In this document: positions 54,806 to 64,000 of the stretch, piece by piece
Numbering within the stretch: the first letter of the stretch is position 1
Layout of the letters: each line of letters opens with the position of its first letter
Notes under the pieces: model-generated
Seen by the model: the letters and a program-made list of their open reading frames with translations, nothing else
What the model was told of the DNA's origin: nothing
Database searches by the model: none
Assembly (NCBI RefSeq): GCF_009914755.1
Contig: NC_060931.1
Source: the human T2T-CHM13v2.0 reference genome, Homo sapiens
Reading direction: 5' to 3' (one strand)
Length of the DNA: 64,000 nucleotides
Made by a program: the position numbers and the translations under genes

Positions 54806-54929
54806 GCAAAGAACTATCAGGTTTGCAGAATTTCAGAGATTATTGATTCCTTAATTCCCAAAGTGCCAAGGGAGCTAGGTTGAGAATGATTCTTATCTGG
54901 CATAAGGGGATATATTATAGACAACCAGG

Positions 54930-55265
54930 CTTATATCTAAGTCCATTTGGGCTGATATAACAAAATACCATAGACTGTGTAGCTTATAAACAACAGAAAT
55001 TTATTTCTTACTGTTGAAAGGCTGGGAAGTCCAAGAACAAGGCACCAGCAGATTCAGTGTCAGGTGAGGGCCTATTTCATAAATGGTAACTTCTTGCTGT
55101 GTCCTCACATGGCAGAAGGGACAAGGAGTCTCTCTTGGGCCTCTTTTATGAGGGCATTAATTCCATTCATGCGGGCTGCACTCTCATGGCCTAATTATGT
55201 CCCAAGGGCTCCTCCAAAATCATCACATGGGGATTAGGGTTTCAAAATATGAATTTTGGAAAGAC
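54930..55265. mobile_element. MLT1A-type solo LTR
   Basis: ataacaaaataccatagactg...aaacaacagaaatttatttct...ggctgggaagtccaaga. Confidence 0.8.
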
Positions 55266-55470
55266 AGAAACATATAGATCATAGCATTAAGGACCCCTCC
55301 TTCCATTGCAATATTTCAGTCATCTTCCTGTTTCCTCCTCACTTCCATCTCCTTAACACCCAGGGTTTTTATCAGGAAGGAATCAGCCTGCCTCTGTGAT
55401 CTTAGCCTCTAATATAAAGATGCTTATCTTGGAAGCTCCATGTTATTTCTTCCTTGGAAACTCTTGATAT

Positions 55471-55913
55471 GTTTTTTTTAATTATTATACTTTAAGTTTT
55501 AGGGTACATGTGCACAACGTGCAGGTTAGTTACATATGTATACATGTGCCATGTTGGTGTGCTGCACCCATTAACTTGTCATTTAACATTAGGTATATCT
55601 CCTAATGCCATCCCTCCCCCCTCCCCCCACCCCACAACAGGCCCCGGGGTGTGATGTTCCCCTTCCTGTGTCCATGTGTTCTCATTGTTCAATTGCCACC
55701 TATGAGTGAGAACATGCGGTGTTTGGTTTTTTGTCCTTGCAATAGTTTGCTGAGAAAGATGGTTTCCAGCTTCATCCATGTCCCTACAAAGGACATGAAC
55801 TCATCCTTTTTTATGGCTGCATAGTACTCCATGGTGTATATGTGCCACATTTTCTTAATCCAGGGCACTATTCACAATAGCAAAAACTTGGAACCAAGCC
55901 AAATGTCCAACAA
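55471..55913 (-). mobile_element. Short young L1PA (PA2-4-like) insertion with a 5' inversion
   Basis: 3' UTR on the minus strand to 55863, inverted piece 55864-55913; 15-bp TSD ggaaactcttgatat at 55456 and 55914. Confidence 0.93.
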
Positions 55914-56870
55914 GGAAACTCTTGATATTTTAAGGCATGAGTCCTATATCTCGGTATCAAGGTCTTCTCCCATGTCCAACATCAATATAGCAGATGAAAA
56001 TCACATAGGACAAGGCAGTATCATTCTAAGATATGGAAGAGACTGCATGACTCCATTTAATAGATCAGAACAGGCAGTACAACTATAACACTGACAAGTC
56101 TTGAATAGGCAATGGAAAGAAATAATAGCCCAAGCAGTGCTTACTCCAGTCTCCTTTACTAATCAAAGCCTCCAAAACAGCATCCCTCTTTCTACTTGAA
56201 ACCATCCTCAACACTTAGGATGCCAGGAGGTCAAAGCTGAAAGTACCCAATCTACTTTCAGGATAATGTCCCTTCTCTTTCAATATGATTTTCAAACATT
56301 TCTATGCCAGACACCATGGAATATTTGGAATTCAGAATAACACACAATTTCTTCAGAGATAGGGTAATTTTATGTCTTCTACCTGTATCTTTTCCTGGCT
56401 CACTTTAAGGAAAAATTTAATCATGTTCCCTAATTAGTCTGGATGAACTGTTATTTAGGAAAAACTTTCTCATATAAACTTAGCTTTCTAATTTTTTCTA
56501 ATACACAAGAGCTCAAGTTCTTCCAATGTTTATCACTGATGAATGATTCTTATCCTTCCTGGCCTTTGCTCTTCTTAGCCCTAAAGTGAAGCCAGCAATC
56601 CAAATGAACATAGGATTTGTGTGAGCAAGAACTGCCATCAACTCTCCTGCAAAGATCAGTGAGGGCTTTTCATTCTGTTAGTGGCTCTGCCCTCTAAATT
56701 CACTGCTCTGTGTCTGCAAATCACAAATTAAAAATGTGTTGGTTCATAACTAAAAGCTGCATTCCCTTTTTCTCGAAATTTCCAGAATGCTCCTAAAATG
56801 TTATATTTATGGTAAGGCAAATATGTAAGGCAATTTTGAATACTTGGAATATTTTGTCTTTACTAAGTAC

Positions 56871-57461
<591 letters not shown>

Positions 57462-57842
57462 TAAGTATTTGAATTGACTTGAGAATATTTTGAAGTTACA
57501 CAGATCTAGATACAGAAACTATGAAATAGAATGAAAGATTTCTGGGTGTGTAATTAATTGGATGAAATAATCAAATGATTAATATTATTATGACAATTAG
57601 AATTACTAGAATCTAAATGTATGTAGATTTTTAAAAACCTTTCATTAACATCCCTGAGACAACCACAAAGTAGAGCATAGACACTTGCAGATCTAACAAC
57701 CAAGAACCCAACTATTGAAGAGCAAATCTGAAGGTTTATGGTTAGTACTAATAGTACTAATTGATCATTTTTTGTAGGAAACTAACTTTGAATCCAGGCT
57801 TTGAGGCTGATGTGAGGGTTGAAGTATTTAGCTAATGGGTGA

Positions 57843-58179
<337 letters not shown>

Positions 58180-59079
58180 CTCATATCTGTACAGTTCTTT
58201 GGAGTGTACATCAGTCCTCACGAAGTAATGTCTTTTAATTGGGTTTTGTAAAGTTAAAAATTGCCACCTAAAGAATATCAAACACTAGTGCTTGAGGTGG
58301 AGAGTAAAAAGTAAAGAGGACTTAGGTAGTGATGGTTCTCATCCAAAATTATAGACACAGATATAAAATTAAATTTAGCATTGGATCAGATATGTGATAT
58401 GAACAAGTCCATGGCTATATTCGATATTCCACTATTTAAACCTGAATGTGCCAAGGACCTAGCTCTCCCTTGTATTATAGAGGCAAGGTTTCTTTTAGAG
58501 GCTTCTAGCTGTAACTCTCAAATGTTTTCAGATTACTTAATGTGATGATGAACGAGTCAAGTAATATGTAAACTTAGGCTGTGATAAATTGGTAGGCTTA
58601 TTTACACTCTGTGGAAGAGAGAGAGAGAGAGAATAAACAAACCAGATAATTATGGATTGTAATAAGTGTCATTAAAGAAATAGATGATGTGTTACCGAGT
58701 AAATACAAGAAGGCAACCATACATAGATGAGTCAGGAAAGACTTTCTGGGGAATTGACATCTGAGTTGAGACGTGAAAGGAGAGCATTAGAGTGCCAGTA
58801 GTTAAATTATTAACTGCTGCTGGTGAAAATTATGTAAATACAGAAACAGACGATGCTATTCACATATTCTGGGGTACTTGAGCATTAAAAGCTATCTATG
58901 GGATTGCTATGATATATTTAAATGCCTTTGCATATGTATCTGCTTTTTAATTAGATATTTTCATCCTTAGGACACAACGAAGCTACTGTTCATGCTATAA
59001 TATTCTATTTCATTAGCATAATCTATTTAGAACAAACAGTATTTCTTGCAGCTAGATTTTCTGTTACGAGCTTAATTAT

Positions 59080-61905
<2,826 letters not shown>

Positions 61906-62510
61906 TACTGAAAGTAAATCAGAGACAATACCAGGAAATACCAATTCTTGTATCATTGAACCCTAAGATCAGAAGACTCACCAAGAATTTAAGCTGACTT
62001 ATCTATGTTGCTTTTAGCTACAACCTCTGTGTAATAACACTGAATGAAAATCTGCTCTGTTTGCAGGCCCTTAAGAAAAAGTGAATCCATCAGGTCTTCA
62101 TTCCAATTCTAACAACTCCCTTAATCAACCCAGTCTTCCCTAAGACCAACCTCCTGTTAGATTTTAAGCTAAGATTAATTGCCCCTGAGGAGAAAACATT
62201 AAAATAGTAATTACTGTTGCCTATTTTTCTGGGTATTTTTCTTTCTATTCCAAAACTAAGACTCTGGTACTAATATGCCTCTTGTTCCCCTGGTCTTATC
62301 CTACTGCAAGTATTGATTCAGTCTCACATCTTAATTTAGGACAAAAGTGATGCTATACAAATGAATTAATTTCTCCGTGCTTTCATCTCTCCCTACTGTG
62401 ATTTCTAAAATGAAATCACCTGATCCTATCAATTTCACGGGCTACTGTGTGGTAACTATGTTCATATAGAAAGAGAAAGGTATTGCTCAATATCAACAGC
62501 ATCTTTTTCA

Positions 62511-62821
<311 letters not shown>

Positions 62822-62979
62822 GTATGATATTGATTACTATTTTACAATATTGCCAAACCCAAAAGGTCTTTTTCTTCTGTCCACGGGTGCTTTTATGTGC
62901 CTTAAATTGAAGGCATTAACTTCTTTTTGACTGATGCCTTTAGCACTTTGGTACCAGCATATTTTTAAATACCACAGAC

Positions 62980-63272
62980 TTTTTTTTTTTTTTTGAGACA
63001 GAGTCTCACTCTGTCGCCAGGCTGGTGTGCAGTGGCGTGATCTCAGCTCACTGCAACCTCCGCCTCCCCAGTTCAAGGATTCTCCTGCCCCAGCCTCCCG
63101 AGTAGCTGGGACTACAGGAGCCCACCACCACGCCCATCTAATTTTTGTATTTTTAGTAGAGATGGGGTTTCACCATGTTGGCCAGGATGGTCTCAATCTC
63201 TTGACCTCGTGATCCGCCCACCTTGGCCTCCCAGAGTGCTGGGATTACAGGCATGAGTCACTGCAGCCAGCC
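62980..63272 (-). mobile_element. AluSc-type SINE
   Basis: TSD tttaaataccacag at 62964 and 63273. Confidence 0.92.
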
Positions 63273-63291
63273 TTTAAATACCACAGCTTTC

Positions 63292-64000
63292 CTACAGTAA
63301 CCAAAACAGCATGGTACTGGTACCAAAACAGAGATATAGACCAATGGAACAGAACAGAGCCCTCAGAAATAATACCACACATCTACAACCATCTGATCTT
63401 TGACAAACCTGACAAAAACAAGCAATGGGGAAAGGATTCCCTATTTAATAAATGATGCTGGGATAACTGGCTAGCCATATGTAGAAAACTGAAACTAGAC
63501 CCCTTCCTTACCCCTTATACAAAAATTAATTCAAGATGGATTAAAGACTTACATGTTAGACCTAAAACCATAAAAACCCTAGAAGAAAACCTAGCTCTTA
63601 CCATTCAGGACATAGGCATGGGTAAGGACTTCATGTCTAAAACACCAAAAGCAATGGCAACAAAAGCCAAAATTGACAAATGGAATTTAATTAAGCTAAA
63701 GAGCTTCTGCACAGCAAAAGAAACTACCAGCAGAGTGAACAGGCAACCTATAGATTGGGAGAAAATTTTTGCAATCTTTCCATCTGACAAAGGGCTAATA
63801 TCCAGAATCTACAAAGAACTTAAACAAATTTACAAGAAAAAAATCAAACAACCCCATCAAAAACTGGGCGAAGGATATGAACAGACGCTTCTCAAAAGAA
63901 GACATTTATGCAGCCAACAGACACATGAAGAAATGCTCATCATCACTAGCCATCAGAGAAATGCAAATCAAAACCACAATGAGATACCATCTCACACCAG
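63292..64000 (+). mobile_element. 5'-truncated L1PA ORF2 segment running off the window edge
   Basis: Near-collinear with 49602-50309 of the full-length L1. Confidence 0.93.

Overview
Human genomic DNA containing the 3' half of PIK3CG (PI3K catalytic subunit p110-gamma) on the + strand. Seven coding exons (numbered here 5-11, following the usual gene model; about codons 763-1102, covering the kinase domain) lie between 740 and 31421. They are followed by a 3' UTR of about 3.6 kb and about 29 kb of repeat-dense downstream sequence with no further gene I can support. Almost every ORF in the track outside these exons is an Alu, L1 or microsatellite artefact. I see no evidence of a new multi-gene biological system. 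The most unusual structures are: (1) a ~234-bp copy of the intron 7/exon 8 junction inside an antisense Alu in intron 6, which keeps its splice acceptor and would act as a poison exon; (2) an Alu-head/L1/Alu-body/L1 mosaic inside one target-site duplication (TSD), possibly a single multi-template-switch retrotransposition; (3) a human-specific AluYb8; (4) several smaller templated-insertion or fold-back scars; (5) a 5S rRNA 5' fragment; and (6) a twin-primed L1. Repeat subfamily names come from recalled consensus features, not from a RepeatMasker run.
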